From Gemmatimonadaceae bacterium (GTDB taxonomy: Bacteria > Gemmatimonadota > Gemmatimonadetes > Gemmatimonadales > Gemmatimonadaceae), in NCBI GenBank assembly GCA_041747275.1, contig JBGTFN010000139.1, positions 1 through 45,839 on the forward strand: 45,839 nt of DNA, read 5' to 3'. A program made the position numbers and the translations under genes. Within the stretch, counting starts at the first letter, position 1, and the number at the start of each line of letters is the position of its first letter. Positions 33,058 to 41,533 of this stretch are shown here, in pieces. Under the pieces are notes generated by a model. The model saw only the letters and a program-made list of their open reading frames with translations, was not told the DNA's origin and ran no database searches.

Positions 33058-34734
33058 TCACGGCGACGTCTTGAGCGCCCCCGTCAGCACCTTCCCGTCA
33101 ACCCGTTCCGTGACCTTGACGTCAAGCAGCGCCGCCAGTGTCGGACCGATGTCAACGACGCGCACAAATGAATCGTCACTCATGACGCGGAACGCCTCAC
33201 CCCAGAAAATCAGCGGCACATGCGCGTCGTAGTCGTGCGGACTGCCGTGCGTGGCCACGTTGCCGCGTCCGTAGATGCTGTACGGCTCGAGCGTGACCAC
33301 CGCAATCACTTCACCGCCGGGCCGGAACATGTGCAGCCAGCGACGGGCGATCGTGTCCTTCACCGTGTCCGCGCGGGCGAGCTGCTCGAGCAGGTCCACG
33401 CGCATCACGCCGTCCAGCTTCTCGGCCTCCTTCTTGAAGGCATTCGCGATCTGCCGAAGCTCGCCATTGCGTCCCTTTACCGAGTCCCGATTCACTGACA
33501 GTGCGAAGCCGTCGAAATCCAGCGCTTCGAGCGGCACCTTCAGGCGCGAAGCAACGATGGCCGAGGCGCGGATCGCAGGCGTGAACTCGTCGAACATCAC
33601 GCGACGCGCCTTTGCGTTGTCGACATGTGCCGAACGCATGTCAGGACTGGGCGCGACGCCGTGATCGGAGGTCAGCACCAGTGCGATCTTGTCGGTACCC
33701 ACGATCGTGCCCAACGAATCAAGAAAGACGCCGAGCGAGCGATCGAGGCGCAGGATGTGATCGTGCATCTCGCGCGACTCCGGTCCCCACCGGTGACCAA
33801 CGGCGTCGGTCGTGGAGAGCGACACTGCGAGCAGATCCGTGTTTCCGCGCTGCCCGAGTTGCATCGCCGATACGCCGCGCAGCGCGAAATCGAGCGTCAA
33901 CTCGTCCATGAAGGGATAGGCAATGAGCAGGTTGTTCGCTCGCAGCGTATCCGACGGCATCAGGTGCGGGAACGTGAACCCCTGCCCGAAGCTCTCCTCC
34001 GGAACAGAATCACGCTCGGGGTACATGGAATCCGGCAGCAGCAGGTCCCATGCACGTCCTGCGTAGCGAGTCATCACCGGTGACTCGGCGTTGTAGGCCG
34101 TAACCCACCTCGGCAGCGTGTCCGCGTAGTAGGTGCTGGTGGTGAAGCTGCCGTTGGACGACGCATACCAGAAGGCCGCGTGCCTGCCGCGGCCTATCGG
34201 CAGGATGGCACCCCGATCCTTTCGCGAAACGGACAGCACGCGCGTGTCCGGATTCGCTTCGGTCATCCAGTCTGCAAGCGTGGTACCCTTGAACCGGAAG
34301 GGACTCGCGCCGGCGTCCGAGGCGCCGATCAGCGGCGCCTCCGCCGTATTCACGCCGACGGAGTTGGCGGCAATACCCGTGCTGTATGGGAAGCGCCCGG
34401 ACAAGATGGATGCGTGCCCGGGTGCCGTTTCGGTGATGGCGTGGTCATGATACGCCTGCGTGTACACCGCCCCTTCGCGTGACAGCCGTGCCAATCCTCC
34501 CGTGAACTGCGCTTTCCACCGCTCGAGATAGTCCGGAATCAACTGATCCACGCTCACCACTACGACCAGAGCGGGGCGCGCAGCGGCGGCGGATACCGAA
34601 GGCGGTTCCGTGGGCGATTCAGCGGGCGATTGCGCATGGGCGCATCCGGCGGCCAGCACGCAGGCGACGAAGAGTTGTCGGATCACGGGAGGATCGGGCT
34701 GGGGTATGAAACCAACATATCTCTCGGACCCCAT
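33058..34734 (-). CDS. Alkaline phosphatase superfamily protein (nucleotide pyrophosphatase/phosphodiesterase type)
   Basis: VVVSVDQL (metal-binding Asp region), TAPGHASILSGRFP (nucleophile region), LSTTDAVGHRWGP and LVLTSDHGV. The N-terminus looks like a signal peptide. Confidence 0.8.
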   Translation of the reverse strand: MGSERYVGFIPQPDPPVIRQLFVACVLAAGCAHAQSPAESPTEPPSVSAAAARPALVVVVSVDQLIPDYLERWKAQFTGGLARLSREGAVYTQAYHDHAITETAPGHASILSGRFPYSTGIAANSVGVNTAEAPLIGASDAGASPFRFKGTTLADWMTEANPDTRVLSVSRKDRGAILPIGRGRHAAFWYASSNGSFTTSTYYADTLPRWVTAYNAESPVMTRYAGRAWDLLLPDSMYPERDSVPEESFGQGFTFPHLMPSDTLRANNLLIAYPFMDELTLDFALRGVSAMQLGQRGNTDLLAVSLSTTDAVGHRWGPESREMHDHILRLDRSLGVFLDSLGTIVGTDKIALVLTSDHGVAPSPDMRSAHVDNAKARRVMFDEFTPAIRASAIVASRLKVPLEALDFDGFALSVNRDSVKGRNGELRQIANAFKKEAEKLDGVMRVDLLEQLARADTVKDTIARRWLHMFRPGGEVIAVVTLEPYSIYGRGNVATHGSPHDYDAHVPLIFWGEAFRVMSDDSFVRVVDIGPTLAALLDVKVTERVDGKVLTGALKTSP

Positions 34735-34778
34735 CCGCGCCGTTGTGGTCCGGCGCGCGGGACGCCATCTTCGCGGCC

Positions 34779-35795
34779 ATGGACTGGTTCATTGAGCATC
34801 CTCTCTGGCGCAACGTGGTCGCCCGCGTCGTCCTCTATTACGCGATCTTCGGTGCCATCGCGGCCCTGGTATATCGGTACGTGCCCACGGCGTGGGGCAC
34901 GCTGAGCGGCGACTCGTTCACCGAGCTGATCGCACGTGACGGTGTGGTGGGTGGGGGATCGGCGGACGGACCAACTCCGCTCGCGACAGCGGTCGCCATG
35001 GCCACTGCCTTTGCCACATCGTTGCCGGTTGCGTGGATCTACACGCTCACGCGTCGCAAGAAGGGCTTTCTGCAGTCCATCGTGCAGACATATCTCATCC
35101 TGCCCGTGGTGGTCGCCGGCATCGTGGTGCTGGTCAAGTTCTCGCTCACGTTGGCGTTCTCGCTGGGCGGCATCGTGGCGGCGGTGCGGTTCCGTACCAC
35201 GCTCGATGACAGCAAGGATGCCACCGGCATCTTCGTGGTGATCGGCATCGGCATGGCGGCCGCGGTGGAGCCCAGTGTCTCCTGGGTGATTTCCATCGGG
35301 TTCAACGCGCTCATGCTTGGCCTATGGTACACGGATTTCGGCCGTCCCACGTCTTTCGAGGGCAAGGGTGCGGAGAAGCGCATGCAAAAGGCGCTGGCCG
35401 TGGCGAACCGCACCGGCATGTTCGTGGCCAAGCTTGATGATGAAGTGCTCAAGTCGCTTTCGCCGGAGCAGCTCGAGGCCATCGCCGACCGCGCCTGGCG
35501 TCGCCGGAAGCGCAACGCCAGCAGCGAACAGGACACGGGTGAACGCGAGGCGCCGCCCGCCTTCGAGCACCTGCTGCGCATCTACACCACGGATGTGGAT
35601 CGCACCCGATATTCGTGCGAGCCGCGGTTCAACGGTTTCTTTTCCCGCTGGAAGTTCATGGGCTCGGTTCAGGAGGGGGATTTGCGTATCGCCGAATATG
35701 GCGTCACGTTTTCCGAGACCGTCACGATCGGCGTCGTCAGCGACGACCTCCGCGCGCTGCCACAAACGCCGGTTCGCAAACTGGAGCTTCGATGA
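34779..35795 (+). CDS. DUF4956-like membrane protein with a soluble C-terminal extension of about 130 aa
   Basis: TM helices and GGIVAAVRFRTTLDDSKDATGIFVVIGIGMAAAV resemble the DUF4956 core. I prefer ATG 34779 (MDWFIEHP...) to the track start at 34743. Confidence 0.55.
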   Translation: MDWFIEHPLWRNVVARVVLYYAIFGAIAALVYRYVPTAWGTLSGDSFTELIARDGVVGGGSADGPTPLATAVAMATAFATSLPVAWIYTLTRRKKGFLQSIVQTYLILPVVVAGIVVLVKFSLTLAFSLGGIVAAVRFRTTLDDSKDATGIFVVIGIGMAAAVEPSVSWVISIGFNALMLGLWYTDFGRPTSFEGKGAEKRMQKALAVANRTGMFVAKLDDEVLKSLSPEQLEAIADRAWRRRKRNASSEQDTGEREAPPAFEHLLRIYTTDVDRTRYSCEPRFNGFFSRWKFMGSVQEGDLRIAEYGVTFSETVTIGVVSDDLRALPQTPVRKLELR

Positions 35796-36853
35796 TGCGC
35801 GCCCTTCAGATCCGCTCCACGTTAGCGCATGCCCTGACAGCGATCGCGATCACTGCATCTCTCATTTTGCCGTCAGCGAGCGCCGGTGCACAGCCGTTGT
35901 TCCGCAGCACCGACGCACTGCAGGTGACCATCACCGCGAACATTCGGGACCTCGTCCGTGAGCGGGACAGCCTCAAACTCGAGTGGTTCGGCGGAACGTT
36001 CACCTATGTTGACGGGGACAGCTCGGTGGCGGTGCCCGTCGAGTTGCGGGCGCGCGGTCATTTTCGCCGCCAGCGCAGCAATTGCGACTTCCCCCCCCTG
36101 TTCGTGCGCGGCAAGAATGCAGACATCCAGGGCACACCGTTGCAGGGAAATCCACGGCTCAAGCTGGTGACACCGTGCCGGCCCGGCATCGATGACTACC
36201 GGCAGTACATCCTCATGGAGTACGGCGTCTACCAGGCGTATGCGATGATGCACGACATCCATCCACGCACACGGCTGGCGGAGATCACATACCGGGATTC
36301 TGCCGATCGCGTGAAGCCGCTCACGGTGCAGGCGTTCTTCATGGAGACAGACGAGGAAGTCGGAAAGGAGCACGACATGGCGCTTCGCGATGAAACCAAG
36401 GGTGCGCGCTTTCGCGACATGAACGAGCCGACGCTGCAGTCGCTGTCGCTCTTCGAGGTGATGATGGGCGGGAACGACTGGTCGCTTGGCGCGCTGCACA
36501 ACATCTACCTGCTGCAGGACAGCACCGGCATCTATTTTCCCGTGGCGTACGACTGGGACTTTTCAGGCATCATCAACGCCCGCTACGCCACCCCGAGTCC
36601 GGTGCTTCCGATCAAGCGCGTCACCGAACGGCATTACATGGGTCCGTGCTACACCCCGGAGCAGTGGGCGCCGATGCTCGACCGTTTCCGTGCCAAACGT
36701 TCGGAGATCGACGGGCTCTGGGCCACCATTCCGGGACTGCAGCCGCGCAAGCAGGAACAGGCCACCAAATATCTGGAATCGTTCTGGAAGATCATCGACG
36801 AACCAAAAGATTTCGCCCGACTCACCCGGACCTGTCGGCCCCAAGGCAACTGA
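35792..36853 (+). CDS. CotH-like (atypical kinase fold) secreted protein
   Basis: Signal peptide MMRALQIRSTLAHALTAIAITASLILPSASAGAQ. GGNDWSLGALHNIYLLQDSTGIYFPVAYDWDFSG resembles the CotH catalytic region. ATG 35792 overlaps the upstream stop as ATGA. The family call is tentative. Confidence 0.45.
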   Translation: MMRALQIRSTLAHALTAIAITASLILPSASAGAQPLFRSTDALQVTITANIRDLVRERDSLKLEWFGGTFTYVDGDSSVAVPVELRARGHFRRQRSNCDFPPLFVRGKNADIQGTPLQGNPRLKLVTPCRPGIDDYRQYILMEYGVYQAYAMMHDIHPRTRLAEITYRDSADRVKPLTVQAFFMETDEEVGKEHDMALRDETKGARFRDMNEPTLQSLSLFEVMMGGNDWSLGALHNIYLLQDSTGIYFPVAYDWDFSGIINARYATPSPVLPIKRVTERHYMGPCYTPEQWAPMLDRFRAKRSEIDGLWATIPGLQPRKQEQATKYLESFWKIIDEPKDFARLTRTCRPQGN

Positions 36854-36879
36854 CTGATACCGGTTGTTAGCTTTCGCGC

Positions 36880-37248
36880 ATGGAACGCCTTTTTGTAGTA
36901 CTCGGCGCCGTGTCCGGCGCGATCAGTGTCGGGGCCGGCGCGTTTGGCGCGCATGCGCTGCGTGAACGGCTCGAACCACGAATGCTCGAGGTCTTCGAGA
37001 CTGCGGCCCGCTATCAGATGTATCATGCGCTCGCGCTGTTTGCCGTCGCGTGGGCCGCATCCCGATTTCCTGGTGCACTGACCACGAGCAGTGGCTGGCT
37101 ATTCGTCGCCGGCACGCTGCTCTTCTCCGGTTCACTGTACGCCATGACGTTTACCGGCATCCGGGCACTTGGCGCCATCACGCCGATCGGCGGCGTCTGC
37201 TTCATTGCCGGCTGGATTTGCCTCGCACTCGCGGCTGCCCGCAGCTGA
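36880..37248 (+). CDS. DUF423 family membrane protein
   Basis: MERLFVVLGAVSGAISVGAGAFGAHAL...TAARYQMYHALAL with four TM helices. Confidence 0.85.
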   Translation: MERLFVVLGAVSGAISVGAGAFGAHALRERLEPRMLEVFETAARYQMYHALALFAVAWAASRFPGALTTSSGWLFVAGTLLFSGSLYAMTFTGIRALGAITPIGGVCFIAGWICLALAAARS

Positions 37249-37255
37249 GGACCCC

Positions 37256-37873
37256 GTGTTTGTCGTCGTCCCGGCCACCGCCGAACACGTCGACGCACTC
37301 AACGACCTGATCGCCCACTCGGCGCGGGAGTTGAGCGCCGGCTATTACTCCGAGCAACAGATTCACTCGGCGATGCGCTGGGTGTATCACCTCGATCGTG
37401 AACTCGTGGACGACGGGACATTCTTCGTCGTGATGCATGAAGGCCGCATCGCAGGATGCGGCGGATGGAGTCGGCGATCGCCGCTCTTCCACACGCCGAC
37501 TGACACCCCGCATGCGACCAGCACGGCCACACTCGACCCGGTGACGGACGCTGCACGCATTCGCGCGATGTTCGTGGCGCCCGAGTACGCGCGTCAGGGA
37601 GTGGGTCGCCTGCTGCTCGAGACGAGCATCGCGGCGGCCGCGGCGTACGGCTTTACGCAGCTGGAACTCGTGGCGACGCTGCCCGGCGTCCCGCTGTACC
37701 ACGCGTACGGATTTCGGGATCTCGCGCAGGAAAGCGTGACGTTGCCGGACGGCGTGGAGTTCCCGTGTGTGCGCATGACGCGTTCGGTCGCGCTACCGCT
37801 TGAGCGAGCGACGCTCCCGTCGCCCGCATCAGCCGTCACGCCGCCCGCTACGCCGCCGCCCGAAACGTCTTGA
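37256..37873 (+). CDS. GNAT family N-acetyltransferase
   Basis: [32 protein letters not shown]...[11 protein letters not shown] 37256 follows the DUF423 stop. The track start at 37169 lies inside that gene. Confidence 0.8.
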   Translation: MFVVVPATAEHVDALNDLIAHSARELSAGYYSEQQIHSAMRWVYHLDRELVDDGTFFVVMHEGRIAGCGGWSRRSPLFHTPTDTPHATSTATLDPVTDAARIRAMFVAPEYARQGVGRLLLETSIAAAAAYGFTQLELVATLPGVPLYHAYGFRDLAQESVTLPDGVEFPCVRMTRSVALPLERATLPSPASAVTPPATPPPETS

Positions 37874-40226
37874 GCCGCAAACTGTTGCTCACCACACTCA
37901 CCGAGCTGAATGCCATGGCAGCGCTGGCGAGGATGGGACTGAGCAGGAGGCCAAACATCGGATAGAGCACACCAGCGGCAATCGGGATTCCAACCGTATT
38001 GTAAGCGAACGCCCAGAACAGGTTCTGCTTCATCGTGCGCATCGTGCGGCGCGAAAGTTCGATCGCGTGCGCAACAGCCAACAGGTCACCGCGCATGAGC
38101 GCGAGATCGGCGGCTTCGACGGCAACATCCGTCCCTGAGCCGATGGCAATGCCCACATCCGCACGCGCGAGTGCGGGCGCATCGTTCACGCCATCGCCCA
38201 CCATCGCCACCACCTGGCCCGCCTGTTGCAACTGTTCCACTTCGGCAACCTTGCCCTCGGGAAGCACGCCCGCCACCACGCGTTCGATGCCCGCTTGAGC
38301 AGCCACCGCCATCGCTGTGGCCTGCGCATCGCCCGTGAGCATCACCACTTGCAGTCCCATCGCACGCAGCCGCTCAATCGCTTCGCGCGAGCTGGCGCGA
38401 AGCGGGTCGGCCACGGCGATGAGTCCGGCCACGGCGCCGTCCAGCGCCACATACATGAGCGTTTCAGCCAACTCGGCGCGTTGCTTGACACTATCACCGA
38501 GTTGTGCGACGTCGAGTGCCCAGTCTGCCATGTGGGGCGCGTTTCCAACGGCGATTGCGCGTCCGTCCACTACACCGTGCACGCCGCGTCCAGTAACACT
38601 CTCGAACGCTTCCGGCTGCTGCAGGCGCAGCTCGCGTTGCTTCGCACTGCGCACAATTGCATCTGCCAGCGGATGCTCGCTCAACGACTCGAGTGACGCG
38701 GTAAGCCGCAGCAACTCCGTTTCGTCGACCACCGACGGCGTCACGAGCGCGATGTGGGTGACGGACGGACGTCCTTCGGTGACGGTGCCGGTCTTGTCGA
38801 GTACCACTGTGGTGACGTCACCGGCCCGCTGCAATGCCTCACCGCCCTTGATGAGAACGCCGAGTTCGGCGCCCTTGCCCGTCGCGACCATTACGGCCGT
38901 CGGTACAGCAAGCCCCATGGCACATGGGCAGGCAATGATCAGGACAGCCACCGACGCTGCGAAGCCGCGAACGATGGCCTCACCGGCCGAACCACCGCCC
39001 GCATGCAGCGTAACGAACCATACGGTGAACGTGGCGATTGCAATGCTGACGACCACCGGCACGAACACGCCGCTGATGCGATCGGCGAGCCGTTGGATTG
39101 GAGCACGACTGCCCTGCGCATCGCGCATGAGCTTCACGATCTGCGCAAGCATGCTCGCTTCACCGAGTGTGGTGGCACGGTACCGAAACGCGCCCGTTCG
39201 GTTGATCGTCCCGCCGATCACACGATCACCGGCTTGCTTTGCAACGGGTTGCGATTCTCCCGTGAGCATGCTCTCGTCCACGGCACTTGCGCCATCGAGC
39301 ACCTCCCCGTCAACCGGGATGCGTTCGCCGGGACGAACCAGCACCGTGTCGCCACGTACCACCTGTTCAATCGCGATGTCCAAGTCGGCGCCATCGCGCT
39401 GCACGCGAGCCGACTTCGGTTGCAGTTTTGCGAGCGAGCGCAGCGCGGCCGACGTATTGCGTTTGGCACGCGCCTCGAACGCGTTACCCGTCAGAATGAA
39501 CGCGATGATGATGATGACCGCCTCGTAGTACACATCGGGCATCATGCCATTGGCGATGAAGACGCCCGGTGCGACCGTTGCCACCACGGAATAGAGAAAC
39601 GCGGCGCCAGTACCGACGGCGACGAGCGTATTCATGTCTGCGGCGTGGTGCGTGAATGCGGCCCACGCGCGTGTGTAGAAGTGACGTCCCGCCCAGAGCA
39701 TCACGACGAGCGTGAGCGCGAGCAGCGACCATGACAGCACCGGCGCCGGAATGGTGTACAACCACGGCATCGCGCGCTCGAGCGGCGGAGTCAGCGAGGT
39801 CATGGCCCATTGCATGAACGGATCGGCAACCGGGCCGTGATGCGTGCTTTCGCTGCCACCCATCAGCGGCATGCTCACCAGCATCGCCACGGCGCCGGCC
39901 ACCGCGCTGAACATCGCCTTGCGCTTGAGCTCATCGAACTCGCTCTGCTGCGCCGAGTCGCGCGCCGCCTGTTCATCGAAGGCGCTGCGGTCGGGCACCG
40001 GCAACTCTGCGCCGTAGCCGGAGCTTTTCACCACCTCAACCAGCGCATCGGCGGATACGGTCTCCGGGTCGAATGCGATCGTGGCGTTCGCCATCATCAG
40101 GTTGACCGAGGCGTCAGAAACGCCCGGCGTCTTCTGCAGCGTGCGCTGCACGCGCGACTGACAGGCCGCACACGTCATGCCAGACACCGGAATGACGATC
40201 TGCTGTTCCTGCGCCACGGCGCTCAT
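37848..40226 (-). CDS. copA: Copper-translocating P1B-type ATPase
   Basis: HMA domain [13 protein letters not shown], the TM6 motif CPC in [11 protein letters not shown], the phosphorylation site DKTGTVT, and [13 protein letters not shown] 40226 (MSAVAQEQ...) overlaps the upstream stop as ATGA. The 904-aa track ORF extends antisense-style into the cupredoxin gene. Confidence 0.95.
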   Translation of the reverse strand: MSAVAQEQQIVIPVSGMTCAACQSRVQRTLQKTPGVSDASVNLMMANATIAFDPETVSADALVEVVKSSGYGAELPVPDRSAFDEQAARDSAQQSEFDELKRKAMFSAVAGAVAMLVSMPLMGGSESTHHGPVADPFMQWAMTSLTPPLERAMPWLYTIPAPVLSWSLLALTLVVMLWAGRHFYTRAWAAFTHHAADMNTLVAVGTGAAFLYSVVATVAPGVFIANGMMPDVYYEAVIIIIAFILTGNAFEARAKRNTSAALRSLAKLQPKSARVQRDGADLDIAIEQVVRGDTVLVRPGERIPVDGEVLDGASAVDESMLTGESQPVAKQAGDRVIGGTINRTGAFRYRATTLGEASMLAQIVKLMRDAQGSRAPIQRLADRISGVFVPVVVSIAIATFTVWFVTLHAGGGSAGEAIVRGFAASVAVLIIACPCAMGLAVPTAVMVATGKGAELGVLIKGGEALQRAGDVTTVVLDKTGTVTEGRPSVTHIALVTPSVVDETELLRLTASLESLSEHPLADAIVRSAKQRELRLQQPEAFESVTGRGVHGVVDGRAIAVGNAPHMADWALDVAQLGDSVKQRAELAETLMYVALDGAVAGLIAVADPLRASSREAIERLRAMGLQVVMLTGDAQATAMAVAAQAGIERVVAGVLPEGKVAEVEQLQQAGQVVAMVGDGVNDAPALARADVGIAIGSGTDVAVEAADLALMRGDLLAVAHAIELSRRTMRTMKQNLFWAFAYNTVGIPIAAGVLYPMFGLLLSPILASAAMAFSSVSVVSNSLRLKTFRAAA

Positions 40227-40621
40227 TCGGCCACCACCCGTCCGCGCAGCATGCTCATGCCGCACGTGAACTCGTAGGTGCCCTTGGCGGGCGGGGTGAT
40301 GTCGATGGACGTCTGTTCGAACGCCGGCAGAAAACGCCGCACTCCGAAGTCCGGGAATACCAGCTCCTCGGAGCAGCTGCTCGTTTCCTGGCGGTCGAAC
40401 ACCAGCCGCACCGGCGCGCCGGCCGGCACCCTGATGGTGGACGGCTCGTAGCCGCCCCGGACCGCAATGTGCACTTCCTGGCGTCCCTCGCCAGAAGCCT
40501 TCAGGACTACGCTGCCAGTGTCGGCCATGAAGAAATACCAGTTGACCCAGGCGATCGCGCAAATCCCGGTCGCGATCACCGCCCAGTCGGCGGGGGAGAG
40601 TGCGGAGAACATTTGCGGCAC
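40223..40621 (-). CDS. Membrane-anchored cupredoxin-like domain protein
   Basis: An N-terminal TM helix, then [44 protein letters not shown]...[18 protein letters not shown] (Cupredoxin_1-like with a C..M.M ligand region). This is a typical CopA partner. The start is GTG 40621. Confidence 0.75.
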   Translation of the reverse strand: MPQMFSALSPADWAVIATGICAIAWVNWYFFMADTGSVVLKASGEGRQEVHIAVRGGYEPSTIRVPAGAPVRLVFDRQETSSCSEELVFPDFGVRRFLPAFEQTSIDITPPAKGTYEFTCGMSMLRGRVVAE

Positions 40622-40668
40622 CGTGAAGACGGAGGAAGTTCGGGGCGACGAGGTGTCGCCCTGCCCTG

Positions 40669-40697
40669 ATTATATATACCCCCTCCCCCTATATCAA
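40669..40697 (-). promoter_or_regulatory. Near-consensus sigma70-type promoter of the cupredoxin-copA operon
   Basis: The minus strand reads TTGATA (40697-40692), then the 17-bp spacer tagggggagggggtata, then TATAAT (40674-40669). It is an AT-rich island in GC-rich DNA, about 48 nt upstream of GTG 40621. Confidence 0.55.
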
Positions 40698-40742
40698 GTC
40701 TCGGTCGAACCGTCTGCTCCGCAGCGCAGCAGCGGCCGAAAA

Positions 40743-41191
40743 GCTGTTTGGCATTGGCTGCCGTCGATTCGCGTATGGCCATATGGCCCAGTCTATCAGG
40801 CCATCCAGCCTGGCGGATACGTACAGGGGCACCGAGCGACAATGCTGCCCGGCGGGCATCTGCGTGGCAGACGTTCCTTTTCGGTTCGGCGGGGCGAAGG
40901 CACCGAGGCTGGATGGCCTGATGGACCAGGCCATACGGCCTGGTGCGCGAAACACAACAGCAGTCGGATGGCTGTTGGCCATTGGCTGCAGTCGATTCGC
41001 TTATACGGCTATCCGGCTCAGTCCATCTGGCCATCCAGCCGGGCGGATACGTACAGGGGCACCAAGCGACAATCCTGCTCGGCGGGCATCTGCGTGGCAG
41101 ACGTTCCTTCTCGGCGCGGCGGGGCAAAGGCACCGAGGCCGGAGGCCTGACGCACCAGGCCATACGGCCAGATGCGCGAAACCCAATCGCC
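40743..41191. repeat. Two tandem repeat units of about 225 bp, each with long inverted-repeat arms
   Basis: Unit 1 (40743-40970) and unit 2 (40971-41191) align along their whole length. A third unit begins at 41192 (gctgtatg) and breaks off. In unit 1, 40785-40810 is complementary to 40907-40932 at 23 of 26 positions. Confidence 0.9.
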
Positions 41192-41211
41192 GCTGTATGT
41201 CCGTTCACAAC

Positions 41212-41251
41212 GCAAAAGAGCCCGCCGAGAGATTGCTCTCGCGGCGGGCTC
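41212..41251 (-). terminator. Rho-independent terminator of tRNA-Gln
   Basis: The minus strand reads GAGCCCGCCGCGAGAG-caat-CTCTCGGCGGGCTC followed by TTTTG (plus-strand hairpin 41218-41251, A-run 41214-41217). Confidence 0.8.
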
Positions 41252-41256
41252 CTTCA

Positions 41257-41329
41257 TTGCCCCTCTAGGGCTCGAACCTAGACTCTCCTCATCCAGAGTG
41301 AGGCGTGTTGCCAGTTACACCAAGGGGCA
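41257..41329 (-). tRNA. tRNA-Gln (anticodon CUG)
   Basis: The minus strand reads TGCCCCT TG GTGT AACTGGCA ACAC G CCTCA CTCTGGA TGAGG AGAGT CTAGG TTCGAGC CCTAG AGGGGCA A. The cloverleaf is complete, with U1:A72 as is usual for tRNA-Gln. CCA is not encoded. Confidence 0.9.
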
Positions 41330-41367
41330 GCAATCACTGCTCGGCGAACCGAGCGATAGCATCCCGA

Positions 41368-41397
41368 ATCATATCGCCATCGGCTGGTCACGGGCAA
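41368..41397 (-). promoter_or_regulatory. Candidate promoter of tRNA-Gln
   Basis: The minus strand reads TTGCCC (41397-41392), an 18-bp spacer, then TATGAT (41373-41368). The leader of about 35 nt contains GCTCGG-ttcg-CCGAGC. Confidence 0.35.
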
Positions 41398-41533
41398 CCC
41401 CTCCGCCAACCACCACAGGCGTGACCGCTCGTAGCAGATCGCTGGCCACGAACGGCTTCGCACGCGGGCGGAAAACCGTCGTGCACAATGCCGTGAAGGG
41501 CTCCGACAGGCTCCAGCTGGGTAAAATGACGAC

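Noticed and set aside
37848-40562. 904-aa CopA ORF with a 112-aa N-terminal extension.
   Set aside because: The extension overlaps the cupredoxin gene out of frame and is Arg/Gly-rich. The HMA domain begins right after Met at 40226, which forms an ATGA junction with the upstream stop.
40576-41208. 210-aa minus-strand ORF, plus the 227-aa and 161-aa plus-strand ORFs, spanning the tandem repeat region.
   Set aside because: All frames are open there. The two repeat units differ by indels that are not multiples of three, so the peptides of the two units fall in different frames. The ORF would also overlap the cupredoxin gene. This is noncoding repeat DNA.
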